Positions 20,447-30,936 of a DNA stretch of 64,000 nucleotides are shown here, in pieces (position 1 is the stretch's first letter; the number at the start of each line of letters is the position of its first letter). The notes under the pieces are model-generated. The model did no database searches and was not told the origin of the DNA. It was given only the letters and a program-made list of their open reading frames with translations. Source of the stretch: Alphaproteobacteria bacterium (lineage in GTDB: Bacteria; Pseudomonadota; Alphaproteobacteria; MPNO01; UBA830); the NCBI GenBank assembly GCA_964291215.2, contig OZ219791.1:1024001-1088000 (forward strand). Reading direction: 5' to 3'. The position numbers and the translations under genes are program-made.

Positions 20447-21621
20447 GTTGAGGTTCGCGAAGCCTGAGGAGATACCGCTGCGTTGATGGACGACTATCTC
20501 GGGTTTCGCCGTCTGGCGGGGCTGCGCCATGTTGCGTCCTTCAGGGGGCAGTGGTCTGGCCGGGGCCTTCAAGTGCCGCGACCGGTGGCTGGAAGCCGGA
20601 GCAGCAGGGCTTGATCTGACAACACGCGACTGCTTGCGGCGCCGGGAACGTTTCCGAACCTTGCCTCCTTCTTTCTTGCGACGCGGCGGCTGGCCGACAA
20701 TTGGGCCTACGGCCACCAGGTGGCGGAGACGTTCTGCGATCCGGCGCGTTTTGCGGGCACAAGGCGGCGGGCTGGCGTGCCAGGGGGTTTGCCCGCGCCA
20801 ACGGGCGCTGCACCGACCCCCATGGCAAGGAGATTTTCGTTGTGCGGCGCGACGGCTACTGTCGCAGGCGCTGCGGTGGCGCCGCCTGCCTCCTCGCTCC
20901 CCGGGGTTCCGAGGTGATGCGTTCGCTGCACGACGAGTTGGCGGTGATCGAGGACTTCCGCCGCGCAGGAAGCACACGGTGTGCTCACGTTCTCGCCGAG
21001 CTTGCGAACATGAAGGGCTGCCTCGCAGCTGCGCAGTTCGCACAGTCGCTGTCCCGGGACGAGCTCAAGGCCATCGGCGGAACCCGAGGACGGAGCTGCG
21101 CGAGCCGCCCTCCGGGGCGACCCTCCACCGGGTCATCCGGTCGATCGATCCCGAGGCGCTCGAGGATGTGCTCGGCCGCGGGCTCGCCCGGGCGCTTGCC
21201 GCCGACGGCAAGCGCATCCGCGGCGCCAACCGCAACGGCCACCACGAGACCGTGGCCCTCACGCCTCCGGCGCACCCTTCGCGCTGTTGAACTTCGACGA
21301 CGGCGAGCTGGCGGCCACCTCCTCGAGCGCACCGATGTCCGCGGCAAGGTGATCACCCGCACGATGTCGGCGACGCTGATCACCCGGTGCTGCGGCGCAG
21401 ACCACGTCTTCCCGGTCAAGGGCGCCCGAAACCTTCGACGGCATCGACCGGGAGACGGATGGTCGCTTCAAGGAGGCAAGGCCCGCCTCGAGCAGCGCGT
21501 GCCGCTCGAGGATCTGATCAACTACTCCGGCAGATCGCCCGCATCAAGCGCTACCGCGAGCCGCCGGGAAAGAGCGCCAGCGGCGCAGCGAGCGGCAACG
21601 ACTGCACCGGTACATCATCAC

Positions 21622-23013
21622 CTTATATGACTAGGTTTTGTCCCCTTGATGATGAAATCATCCACAGCAGTTGGGGGCGGGAAAATGTGGATCTGTGGGA
21701 GAGCTATGGTTGCAGAGAGATTCCGCTCCCCTGAGCGAACACGCACAGGGGAGCGGGGATCAAACGATCTCCGCGGAGGTTGCCGTTTTGACCTTGACAG
21801 GGCCGCGACCGAGTGTGGTCGGCCAACCTCCCTTGACGTCCCTCGCTGGATGCTTGGGTTTGAACCCGTATCATCGTAAGGCGAGGAGCAAGGGACGATG
21901 GTCAAGATAGTAGCAGGGGTCAGCAAGGCCAGTCTGGACATCTGGCGCATTGTTTTGCGAACGACGCCACGAGCTGGCGGGCAAGTGGCTTCGCGGCCTC
22001 GGGGTGAGCCGGGTGGTGGGCGACAGGCCGCTATCACCGCAAGGTTCACCAGTGTCTTCATGACCGGGGCTTCGAGGTTATTCTCGTCAACCCGTTGCGG
22101 GCTTCGCCGAGGCGATGGGCCATCTGGCGAAGACCGACCGCGTCGACGCCAAGATCGGCTGGGCGATCTTGAGCCTGTGGCTCCGCCTTCCTCAAAAGCC
22201 TGTAGGATCTCCTGGTGCCGCGCTTGTCGACGCCAAGCAGGTGGCAGATGAGGTGGATGGCGAGACCGTCACAAGGGCCTCGGCGGCCGATCTCGATGAT
22301 CGCATTGCCGGCGCGGCGATCAAAGCGGTGATCGCCGGTGATCCCGAGCAGAGGTACGCCATCCTGACCTCGATCCGGTGACCGCCGCGGCCCTTCTTTG
22401 CTGGATGCCCGAACTCGGCAGCGTCGGCAGCCTTGATCGGGGTGGCGCCGATGGCCAGCGACAGCGGCCAGCACCACGGTGCTCGGCACATCCGTGGCGG
22501 GCGCCGAAGGCCACGCGATCTCCTGTTCATGGCCGCAACCGGCACGCTTCGACGCGGACCTGGTGCGCCTCAAGACTGCCGGCAAGGCCCACAAAGTCGC
22601 GATTGTCGCCGTGATGCGCAAGCTCTGGCGAACACCTTGCTGCGACAGCAGCGTTGCCTGAAGCACCGGTGAGTGAGCGAAGGAGACACGGCCCTCACCC
22701 CTGCCGAGAGCGCGATCGGGACTGTCTCGACAGTCTCCCTCTACGACACGACTTGGGGAGAATGTCTGCAGATCATCGTCGAGGTCGACATCAAGGAGAT
22801 CGAACCGCCTTGGGACACCTGGAACCCGGACGGTCACGTGCCCGGGGACGGCAAGGTAGCCGCGTTCACGTGACCAATGGACGGCAACCCGCCGCCGGGA
22901 CCACAAGCTTCATGTCGCCTCGCTCGCAGAGCAAACCCCACACCGCTTGTGGACAACCACAGAAAACATCACCACAGACACCCGCAAAAACCTTGCCAAG
23001 AAACATGGATGCT
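21622..23013 (+). mobile_element. IS110-family element copy B (degraded)
   Basis: CT core; MVKIVAG(-)VSK, KTDRVDA, G.APMASDSG...RHIRGGR, KVAIVAVMRKL; removal restores YIITSLDAQ of the host ISAs1. Confidence 0.9.
21721..21890 (+). ncRNA. Predicted IS110 bridge RNA (copy B)
   Basis: Hairpin 21721-21758; loop closed by ggaggttg/caacctcc; loop closed by cctcgc/gcgagg holding ggatgct (donor match), a gggtttgaaccc hairpin and gtaag. Confidence 0.7.
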
Positions 23014-23486
23014 CGCTCGATGCGCAACACGCGTCGCCAGAGGAACTGCTGCGGCCGCGGGCCGTGGAAAACGTGAACCACCGAGACTGCGTCTTCGGTG
23101 AGGACGCCTGGCTGACCCGCAAACCGCGCCAGCCTCGACAACATCGCGCTCGCGGTGATCTTCCCGACGCGAGAGCCTCGCCGAAACACGGCGGCGGCTC
23201 GACCGCCGGGAAGCCGTCGCAGCCCTGAGCACCAATGGTGTCCGGCCGATTCCCGGACGCCGCCCACATCCCGAAAACAACCCGCCCACGCGCCGATAAC
23301 GCCGCCGGCGACGACCGCGGACGGCCCCGAAGCCGGAAAACCCGGCACGCTGTGAAACCTCCAGACAGCAGAAGACAGCAAAATTGAATGCAGCATGAGA
23401 AACGCCTGTCCAAATGGGTAAACGGCGTTGATCGCGGACGGATGAGGCTCCACAATGCTTGGTATTCAATGTGCCGGGAGCAGAAA

Positions 23487-24482
23487 ATGTACATCGACAT
23501 CTACACTCATATCTTTCCGGCCGAATTCTACCAGCGAATGGGCCAGATCGCGCCCAGACTCGATAACATCGGCAAGCGGATGCAGTCGGTGACCGAGGTC
23601 CACGATCTCGACGCTCGTTTCCGTGCCATGGATCCGTTCGGCGACTACCGCCAGATCGTCTCGCTCCCCAACCCGCCAATCGAGGATATCACCACGCCCG
23701 GCCAGGGCATCGAGCTCGCCCGCATCGGCAACGACGCCATGGCTGAGCTTGTGGAACGGAATTACGACCGCTTCCCCGGCTTCGTTGCCGCGTTGGCGAT
23801 GCATGCCATGGACGAGACGATGGAGGAACTCCACCGCGCCATTCGCGACCTTGGCGCCGTCGGTGTCCAGATATTCACCAACATCGCCGGGCGGCCGCTC
23901 GACCATGACGACTTCGAGCCGGTGTTTGCGGCGATGGCCGAATACGACCTGCCGATCTGGATGCATCCGGCACGGTCGGCCACGATGACCGATTATGCAG
24001 CCGAGGAGAAGTCGCGCTACGAGATCTGGTGGGCGCTCGGCTGGCCCTACGAGACCTCGGCGGCGATGATCCGCCTCGTGCTGTGGGGCCTATTCGACCG
24101 CTATCCGGACATCAAGATCATCACCCACCACCTCGGCGGTATGATCCCGTATTTCGAGGGGCGCGTCGGGCCCGGGCTGGATGTCCTCGGTGCGCGGACC
24201 TCGGACGAGGACTATTCGCAGGTCCTGCCGTCGCTCAAGAGGCCGCATGCGGAGTATTTCCGGTTGTTCTACGGCGATACCGCGATGTTCGGATCGCACT
24301 TGGCATTCCAGGCCGGCATGGAGTTCTTCGGTCCCGAACGGGTGGTCTTTTCGACCGACGCACCGTTTGCGCCGGTGCGCGAGACCTTTGAGTCGCTCAA
24401 GGTTATGGAGTTCGACGACGAGGTCAGCAGGAATCTCTACAGTGAGAATGCCGAGCGCCTGATGAAGCGCAGTTTCGCCTGA
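23487..24482 (+). CDS. Amidohydrolase_2 family protein (ACMSD/decarboxylase-like)
   Basis: IDIYTH, IWMHP, HHLGG, FSTDAPF motifs. Confidence 0.88.
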   Translation: MYIDIYTHIFPAEFYQRMGQIAPRLDNIGKRMQSVTEVHDLDARFRAMDPFGDYRQIVSLPNPPIEDITTPGQGIELARIGNDAMAELVERNYDRFPGFVAALAMHAMDETMEELHRAIRDLGAVGVQIFTNIAGRPLDHDDFEPVFAAMAEYDLPIWMHPARSATMTDYAAEEKSRYEIWWALGWPYETSAAMIRLVLWGLFDRYPDIKIITHHLGGMIPYFEGRVGPGLDVLGARTSDEDYSQVLPSLKRPHAEYFRLFYGDTAMFGSHLAFQAGMEFFGPERVVFSTDAPFAPVRETFESLKVMEFDDEVSRNLYSENAERLMKRSFA

Positions 24483-24555
24483 CCCCGACCGCTTTCCGAA
24501 TTTCCGTTCCCGGAAGCCGCGGCGCGAAGACCGCGCCGCAGCACGCCTGGAGAGC

Positions 24556-27500
24556 CTATTCCGCGGCCTGGGGCACGGCCTTGGCTTTCCGCATCCGCCT
24601 CTGTTCAACGATTCCCACGGTCATCGACATCATCGGTGGCACTATCGCCATGGTGAGAACCGCCGAGAGTGCCAGTCCGCCAAGGACCACGGATCCGAGA
24701 CCGCGGTAGAGTTCGGAGCCGGCTCCCGGGAACAACACCAGTGGCAGCATGCCGACGACCGAAGTCAGGGTTGACATAAAGATCGGACGGATCCGGTTGG
24801 CCGTCGCTGTTTCGATGGCCGAGATCACGCTGTGGCCGTCGACCCGTATGTGGTACAATGTCTGGTGAACGAGCAGTATGGCGTTGTTGACCACAATGCC
24901 GACCAGAATGACGAATCCCAGCATGGTCAGCATGTCGAGGGGCTGGTTGACGTAGATGTTGAGCAGCGCGAGTCCGCCCAGCCCGCCCGCGGCGGCAACC
25001 GGGACGGAAAGCATCACAACCCAAGGGTACAGGAAGCTCTCGAACAGTACCGCCATCACCAGATAGACGATCACCAGAGCGAGTAGCAGGTCCATCACTA
25101 TGTGATTCCAAGTCGTCAGCAGCTTGTCGGCGCTGCCTGACATGCGAACCCGTACCCCCTCGGGCAGGCCGCCGACGCGATCCGGCGTGAGCACCTTTTC
25201 CTCGATCAGGTTCATCGCTTCCTGAAGCGGCATCGTGCGTTCCGGACTAACTCGGATGGTCATGGTCCGCGCCCGGTCAATCCTCTGGATCTCGGTCGGT
25301 CCCGTGGTCACGGCAACGTCTGCCAGGTTGCCGACGGACACTATTCGGCCGTCCGATGCGACCACCGGCAGTGCGCGGATCGCCTGGGTGGACTCCCTGT
25401 CGATGTCGGGACCCTTGAGAGTGAGGTCAATTCGCTTACCGTCGACGGTGATCTTGGCGACGCGGACTCCATCGTTGAAGGCGTCGACCGAATCGCCGAG
25501 TTCCCGGGCCGACAGGCCGTTGTCCGAGAGCCGCACGCGGTCCGGGGTGATCCTGACCTCCGGTTCACCAAGCGTCAGCGCTGGACGCGGGCGCACGCGA
25601 TGCCCCTTGTTCGGGGGCATGGCGCTGCGGGTCGCGAAGAAGATGTCGCGACCGGCACTGTAGACGGTCTCGAGATCCGGTCCGGCGATCTCGATGTCTA
25701 TGGAGCGGCCCGAACCTATCGATCGGCCGAATAACGAGGGTTGGAACACGAAAGCCATCACGCCCGGCTCGCGCCGCGCGGGAGTTTGCAGGATTGGTAT
25801 CAGCTCATGCGCCTTGCGTGGGTCCACATGGGTGGCAGCGATGAACATGCGGCCGAGACGGGCAACGTAGAAGAAGCGGTCGATCTTGCGGTCTTCGGGC
25901 GGATTGGCCTTTGCTTCGGCGCCGCGTGACCAGTATTTCCTTGTGGCATCCGAGACGTTCTCGGCGATCGCGTGATTGGTGTCGATGTTGTAGCCGGCAG
26001 GGGGAAGGATGAAACCGATCGCGAAATTGCGGTTGCCGGTCGGCAGGTAGTCGAGCTTGGGCATGATCGCGATGGTGATGATGGACGCACCGGCAACGAT
26101 GGCGGCGACGAGCACGAGCGCGACGGGCTTGTTCTGGGTCACGAAGCGCGCGTAACGAGCCCAGAACCTGACGAACCACTTCCCGAAACCGTCGATGACG
26201 GGAAGCCGCACCCGGAAGTCCTCGTGGTCTATTCGGGCGCCGAACAGGCTCTTGGACAGGGCTGGGATAAGGGTGACGGCGACGAGCAGAGACAGCATCA
26301 CCGAGACCGAAATCGCGACCGCTATGTCGCGGAACAACTGGCCCACCTCAAGATCCATGATTAGAATGGGAATGAATACCATGACCGTGGTCAGCGCCGA
26401 GACGAGGACGGCCGGCCACACCTGCTGCGCTCCGTCATAGGCCGCCTCGGCGGCCGACCGGCCCTGCTGGCGCATCCGGAAGATGTTCTCGAGAACCACG
26501 ATCGCAGCATCGACAACCATCCCGACCGCGAATGCTATTCCGGCAAGGCTGATCACGTTGAGCGACCGGCCGAGGACGGCCATGGCGACGAAGGAGCCAA
26601 TGACCGATACCGGGATCGCCATTGCAACCACCACTGTCGGCCGCCACGAACGCAGGAAGATCATCAGTATGATGATCGCCAGGATGCCCCCGACATAGAT
26701 GTTCTGGATGACGAGATCGATCGAGGAGTTGATGTAGTCGGTCTCGTCGTAGACCTGCTCGACGTTCAGTTGCTGCCTCTTCAGCGGTCCGTCCGCCAGT
26801 TCGGCCACGACTTGGCGGACCTCGGCCATCGTCTTGATGACGTTGGCGCCCTGCTCGCGCGTGACGTTGAAACCGAGCGCCGGCTCGCCAAGCTGGCGCA
26901 GGCGCGCCTGCGCCAGCTTGTAGCCGAGCGAAACCGTGCCGATGTCGCGCAACTCGACGCGGCCGATGCCGCGGCGGTTTGAATCGGACCGCAGGACCAC
27001 GGACTCGACCATCTGCGTGGTGGTAAGCTCGCCGTCGGTCCTGACCACGTAGCGCCGCTTGCCTTCCTCGACATCGCCGCCGGTGATCGACGCGTTCGCA
27101 GCCCGGAGGCGGCGCAGGACATCGCTCACCGTCATGCCGTAGCGCGCGAGCGCGTGGGGGGTGACGGTGACGCTCATCTCGCGGTCGGTGTCGCCGAAGA
27201 TGTTGACGCCGGCCACGCCCTCGACCCGTTCGAGCCGTTCCTGGACAACGTTGATCAGGAAGTCGCCGTAGGACGTCATGTCCCGGGTGTTGTCGTCCGC
27301 CCGCGTGAGCACGAACCAGGCGATGGCGTTGTCCTCGGTTCCCGAGGTGGACAGCACCGGTTCGTCAGCCTCGGCCGGATAGCCCGATATACGGTCGAGG
27401 CGATTGGCGACGAGCAGCAGGGCGCGCTCGAAATTCACTCCCGGGGAAAACTCTAGGGTGATCGTGGCGCGACTGCGCTGCGCACGCGAGATCATCTTGT

Positions 27501-27732
27501 TCACGCCCTCGATGCCCTTGAGTTCGTCCTCTTGCGGATTGACGATCTCGCGCTCGATTTCGGCCGGCGCCGCACCGCGCCAGTTGGTCTTGACGATGAT
27601 TACCGGCTGGCGAACATCCGGTGCCATCTGGATGGGAATTCTTTGCAGGGCGACATAGCCGAACAGGATGATCATCAACACCAGCGCAACGACGGCGATC
27701 GGGCGTTGAATCGAAAGGCGGATGATGTTCAT
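24556..27732 (-). CDS. RND efflux permease (AcrB/AcrD/AcrF family)
   Basis: 1058 aa; GMVVDAAIVVLENI, GIVVNNAILL, RIRPIFMSTLTS. Confidence 0.95.
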   Translation of the reverse strand: MNIIRLSIQRPIAVVALVLMIILFGYVALQRIPIQMAPDVRQPVIIVKTNWRGAAPAEIEREIVNPQEDELKGIEGVNKMISRAQRSRATITLEFSPGVNFERALLLVANRLDRISGYPAEADEPVLSTSGTEDNAIAWFVLTRADDNTRDMTSYGDFLINVVQERLERVEGVAGVNIFGDTDREMSVTVTPHALARYGMTVSDVLRRLRAANASITGGDVEEGKRRYVVRTDGELTTTQMVESVVLRSDSNRRGIGRVELRDIGTVSLGYKLAQARLRQLGEPALGFNVTREQGANVIKTMAEVRQVVAELADGPLKRQQLNVEQVYDETDYINSSIDLVIQNIYVGGILAIIILMIFLRSWRPTVVVAMAIPVSVIGSFVAMAVLGRSLNVISLAGIAFAVGMVVDAAIVVLENIFRMRQQGRSAAEAAYDGAQQVWPAVLVSALTTVMVFIPILIMDLEVGQLFRDIAVAISVSVMLSLLVAVTLIPALSKSLFGARIDHEDFRVRLPVIDGFGKWFVRFWARYARFVTQNKPVALVLVAAIVAGASIITIAIMPKLDYLPTGNRNFAIGFILPPAGYNIDTNHAIAENVSDATRKYWSRGAEAKANPPEDRKIDRFFYVARLGRMFIAATHVDPRKAHELIPILQTPARREPGVMAFVFQPSLFGRSIGSGRSIDIEIAGPDLETVYSAGRDIFFATRSAMPPNKGHRVRPRPALTLGEPEVRITPDRVRLSDNGLSARELGDSVDAFNDGVRVAKITVDGKRIDLTLKGPDIDRESTQAIRALPVVASDGRIVSVGNLADVAVTTGPTEIQRIDRARTMTIRVSPERTMPLQEAMNLIEEKVLTPDRVGGLPEGVRVRMSGSADKLLTTWNHIVMDLLLALVIVYLVMAVLFESFLYPWVVMLSVPVAAAGGLGGLALLNIYVNQPLDMLTMLGFVILVGIVVNNAILLVHQTLYHIRVDGHSVISAIETATANRIRPIFMSTLTSVVGMLPLVLFPGAGSELYRGLGSVVLGGLALSAVLTMAIVPPMMSMTVGIVEQRRMRKAKAVPQAAE

Positions 27733-29495
27733 GGTCGCCCGGTCTCCGTCGGGGCAAGCCTGTTGGCGATGACGTTCACATCAGCGCCCGGAGGCAGGGC
27801 TTCGTTTCCATAGGTAATGACCTTGTCGCCCGCCTTAAGGCCCGAGAGCACGATGAAGCGGTTGCCGATGGCGTCGCCAAGCCTGATCTGCCTCGGAAAC
27901 GCCTTGCCGCGCTGCGCGATATAGACGCTTCGGTTGTCGCCGCGATGGACGATTGCGTCCTTGTGGACCGTGGTAACCTCCCTGATCTCGCCGATCGGAA
28001 CCATCACGGTGACGCTCTGGTTCACGGCAAACCGCGCCGAGGCGTCGGCGAACTTCGGGATGAAACGGACCGGTCGGGTTCGCGTACGTGGATTCTCGTT
28101 GGGGATCACGGCGCGGACCGCGCCGCGCAGCCAGGTTCCGTTGTCAAGCTGAAGGCGGACCCGGACGCCCTTCCTCAGCGCGGCGACCCGATCGGACGGC
28201 ACTTCGGCTTCGACTTCGATCTCCTTGTCGTTGATCAACCTGACCACCGGCGTCCCGGTGCCGACATAGGCGCCGATCTCGACGTGCCGTTCGATGACGG
28301 TTCCGTCGTAGGGTGCGCGTATTTCGGTGTTGTCGAGATCGATCTCGATGCGCTTGAGATCGGCCCGCGCTTCACGCTCGAGCGAGCGCCGTTCCTCGAC
28401 CACCGCGCGGCGCGTCCGCACATCGCTCTCAAGGTCCTCGAAGCGTGCGCGCGAGAACGACGATGATTTCCTGAGCCCCTTCATGCGTTCGAATTCCCGC
28501 TTCTTCTTGGCGAGTTCCGCCTCGGCCGTCTTGACCATATTGCGCCTAGTGGTAAGCGCGGCGGCGAACTTGTCGCGGAGCGCGGTCAAGGATTCCCGAT
28601 GCAGGGTCGCGATGACGTCGCCCCTGCTCACGCGGTCGCCGACTTCAACATCCATCTTCTGCACGGCACCGCTGACGAGGGCCGCGACACTGCCGGCGCG
28701 GCGCGCGACCAGACGCCCGATCACGGGATCTGTCTGCGACTGCGATTCAACGATCACCTCATCGACGCGGACAGGACGCGGCGGATGTCCGCCCGATCGC
28801 GGCGCGGCTCCGGTCCTGCCGGCGGATCGGGCCGGCCCGCTGGCGGCGGGTTTCGGGGCGGGGGCTGCGGTGGTCTTCGGGCATCCCTGTCCGGTGAAGA
28901 AACTGCGGATTTCAGCTCCGTCGAGGGTTCCGGACTTGTTGCAGTCTATGTCGTTGAAGTTTGCGGCAAGCGGCCCGCCGGCCTCGCTGCGATCGATGAC
29001 GCCGTTTCCGTTCGTGTCGCGCTCCTTGGCGCGGCCGCCGAGCGGCGGGGGCTGTGCGACGGCGGGTTTCGGGGCGGGGGCTGCGGTGGTCTTCGGGCAC
29101 TCCTGTCCGATGAAGAAACCGCGGATTTCAGCTCCGTCGAGGGTTCCGGACTTGTTGCAGTCCATGTCGTCGAAGTTTGCGGCAAGCGGCCCGCCGGCCT
29201 CGCTGCGGTCGATGACACCGTTTCCGTTCGTGTCACGCTCCTTGGCGCGGTGGGAAAGCGCCGTGTCCTGGGCGGCCGCCAAACCTGCAGCGGCAACCAG
29301 CAGGATTGCGGCGCAGAAAACGACCGGTCCCGGGCCGGCCGTGCGGCCCGCGGGCCTCGCGACAGGGTTTGTGGTCGGGGTCGCGCCGCTGCGCTGTCCA
29401 TCGGGCCGGCGATCTTGGATTGTCGCCGAAGCGTGGTTCGCGGGTGCGCTGTCCGGATGCCGCGCCGACTTGGATGCCTGCAATGTTTCGCTCAT
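27729..29495 (-). CDS. RND periplasmic adaptor with N-terminal duplicated EF-hand module
   Basis: VEVGDRV..GD, EIRAPYDG, TRTRPVR motifs; four EF-hand loops after a hydrophobic signal-like segment; start uncertain. Confidence 0.85.
   Translation of the reverse strand: MSETLQASKSARHPDSAPANHASATIQDRRPDGQRSGATPTTNPVARPAGRTAGPGPVVFCAAILLVAAAGLAAAQDTALSHRAKERDTNGNGVIDRSEAGGPLAANFDDMDCNKSGTLDGAEIRGFFIGQECPKTTAAPAPKPAVAQPPPLGGRAKERDTNGNGVIDRSEAGGPLAANFNDIDCNKSGTLDGAEIRSFFTGQGCPKTTAAPAPKPAASGPARSAGRTGAAPRSGGHPPRPVRVDEVIVESQSQTDPVIGRLVARRAGSVAALVSGAVQKMDVEVGDRVSRGDVIATLHRESLTALRDKFAAALTTRRNMVKTAEAELAKKKREFERMKGLRKSSSFSRARFEDLESDVRTRRAVVEERRSLEREARADLKRIEIDLDNTEIRAPYDGTVIERHVEIGAYVGTGTPVVRLINDKEIEVEAEVPSDRVAALRKGVRVRLQLDNGTWLRGAVRAVIPNENPRTRTRPVRFIPKFADASARFAVNQSVTVMVPIGEIREVTTVHKDAIVHRGDNRSVYIAQRGKAFPRQIRLGDAIGNRFIVLSGLKAGDKVITYGNEALPPGADVNVIANRLAPTETGRP
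28845..29250 (-). repeat. Intragenic near-identical duplication, 216-bp period
   Basis: 28845-29034 vs 29061-29250. Confidence 0.9.
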
Positions 29496-29832
29496 CTGCG
29501 ATATTCCCGTCACTGGAGCGTCGGACCTGTCTTGTCGCGCGAACGGATTCCCAGTATGCATTATGGTCCCGAACAACAGGAGCCTCTTTCCGGCAACGCC
29601 ACCGACATCGTTTGCCACGGATGAGGCGAAACCGCCGTTCTTCGGGCTCCGCCAAGTTTGTGGTCATCCGCTGCCGAAACCGTCATCTCACCAGCTTAGA
29701 GCATATTATATGGTGGAGTTCCCGTATACGGACAATTCCTCATGTTAAATTTTGTTACATTCGGGATCTGGAGAACATTACTGAGCCCCCGAAGATCGAT
29801 ACACGACAGCGAAGTTCCGGCGTCGTCGGATC

Positions 29833-30197
29833 GTAACCGATCAAACCCGGACGTTCGGTAGATTTGCTGGTTGGCGATGACACCGGCTGCGTTTCGCGTG
29901 CGCGAGGGCAGGCGGGATAGTGGACAGGATCTGTCAGGGGAGGCGGCGCATGGGCTGTTGGCGCCAGATTTTAGCGTGTGGAGATCGGCGTCGTCGGAGA
30001 GGCGACGGTCGTTCAGGCCGCGATCCGTTGCGCCGGCGCCGCTTTGTCCTTGCCGACATCCGACGTAATGGGATCGGCGGCAAAGCGGTCCTTCCACAGC
30101 CGCGGCGTCAGTTGCGCCATGTCCTTTGCGGGATGGCTCGCCACCCGCTGGGGCACATCGACCAGCCAGGTCCAAGGATCCACATCGTGGAGGCAGC
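29833..30197 (-). mobile_element. Canonical IS66 right end with TnpC C-terminus
   Basis: Terminal GTAACC; HDVDPWTWLVDV.QRV..HPA...LTPRLWK. Confidence 0.8.
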
Positions 30198-30596
30198 CAC
30201 GGTGATCCCACGCCAGGTTTGTTGGAAGGGTCGGTTTTGCTTGTTCCAGATGATTCGCATTTTTGTCGGCTTTTTGTGAAGCGGCGCAGTATCCGTTGTC
30301 GTGGAGGCAGCGGATTTTTTGAGACGACTCCGGAGGGTTTTGCGCTCCGGGATGTGGTTGTGCGCCTTGCGCGGCCTGATGTCGCTGGAATCGTGCGGTT
30401 GACCGTCATCCTTGGTTTCAAGCAGTTTGCCGGTCGAGGTCTGCGTGTTCACCTGGCGCGGGCGGTGGATTGGCGCTGCGGGCTGGCAGACGGGCGCCCT
30501 CAGCTGCGCACCCGTTGGATTGGCTGGCGCCGCGAGGAACAGTTCAGGCGGTTGCCGGGAACAACACGAGGTTTGTTGTTCCTAGTGGTCGCCGGG

Positions 30597-30786
30597 CACG
30601 ACGACCCCACGCTGCTAATCCAGCGGCGACCGGCGAGATTTTTCGGTCTGCGTCGCGCTGCAATCGTGCCGCCAAGGCTCAATGAGACCTTCTCGGCGCG
30701 AAAAATTGTGATCAAGAGGCGATCTGTGATGACGCGAGCCCCAATGCACTCGGATTTCGCGTCTCGGAATCAGCATGGGATCGCCG
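30597..30786. mobile_element. MITE copy 3
   Basis: Same sequence as other copies; right TIR fused to the TSD through tcgcc. Confidence 0.88.
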
Positions 30787-30936
30787 GGTGTTTCCGGGCC
30801 TCGTTTGCGTTGTCGCGGATGGTGCGGCGGCGACCGGGAGGCTGCCGTTGCTTGTTGCGGAGAAGTTTGTCTCGCCGACGAAGTTCAGCGGCACCATGTA
30901 CAAGGCGGCGAACCGGGAGTGCGTTGGCAGGAGCTA

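Larger units (their letters stand above)
18947..23408 (+). mobile_element. ISAs1-family element with N-terminal DUF4338, carrying two nested IS110
   Basis: TIRs cagaggagtctcacgct / agcatgagaaacgcctg; perfect 10-bp TSD tccaaatggg; fragments YLGFRRLAG, RDRW, PNLASF, ADGKRIRGA, YIITSLDA, RDCVFGED. Confidence 0.88.

Noticed and set aside
23487-23510. YTH in place of HxH in the amidohydrolase
   Set aside because: Aromatic substitution at this position is, to my knowledge, common in this subfamily and not evidence of novelty.
28327-29748. Long plus-strand shadow ORFs here and opposite other genes
   Set aside because: Antisense artefacts of GC-rich coding sequence, with no recognisable motifs.
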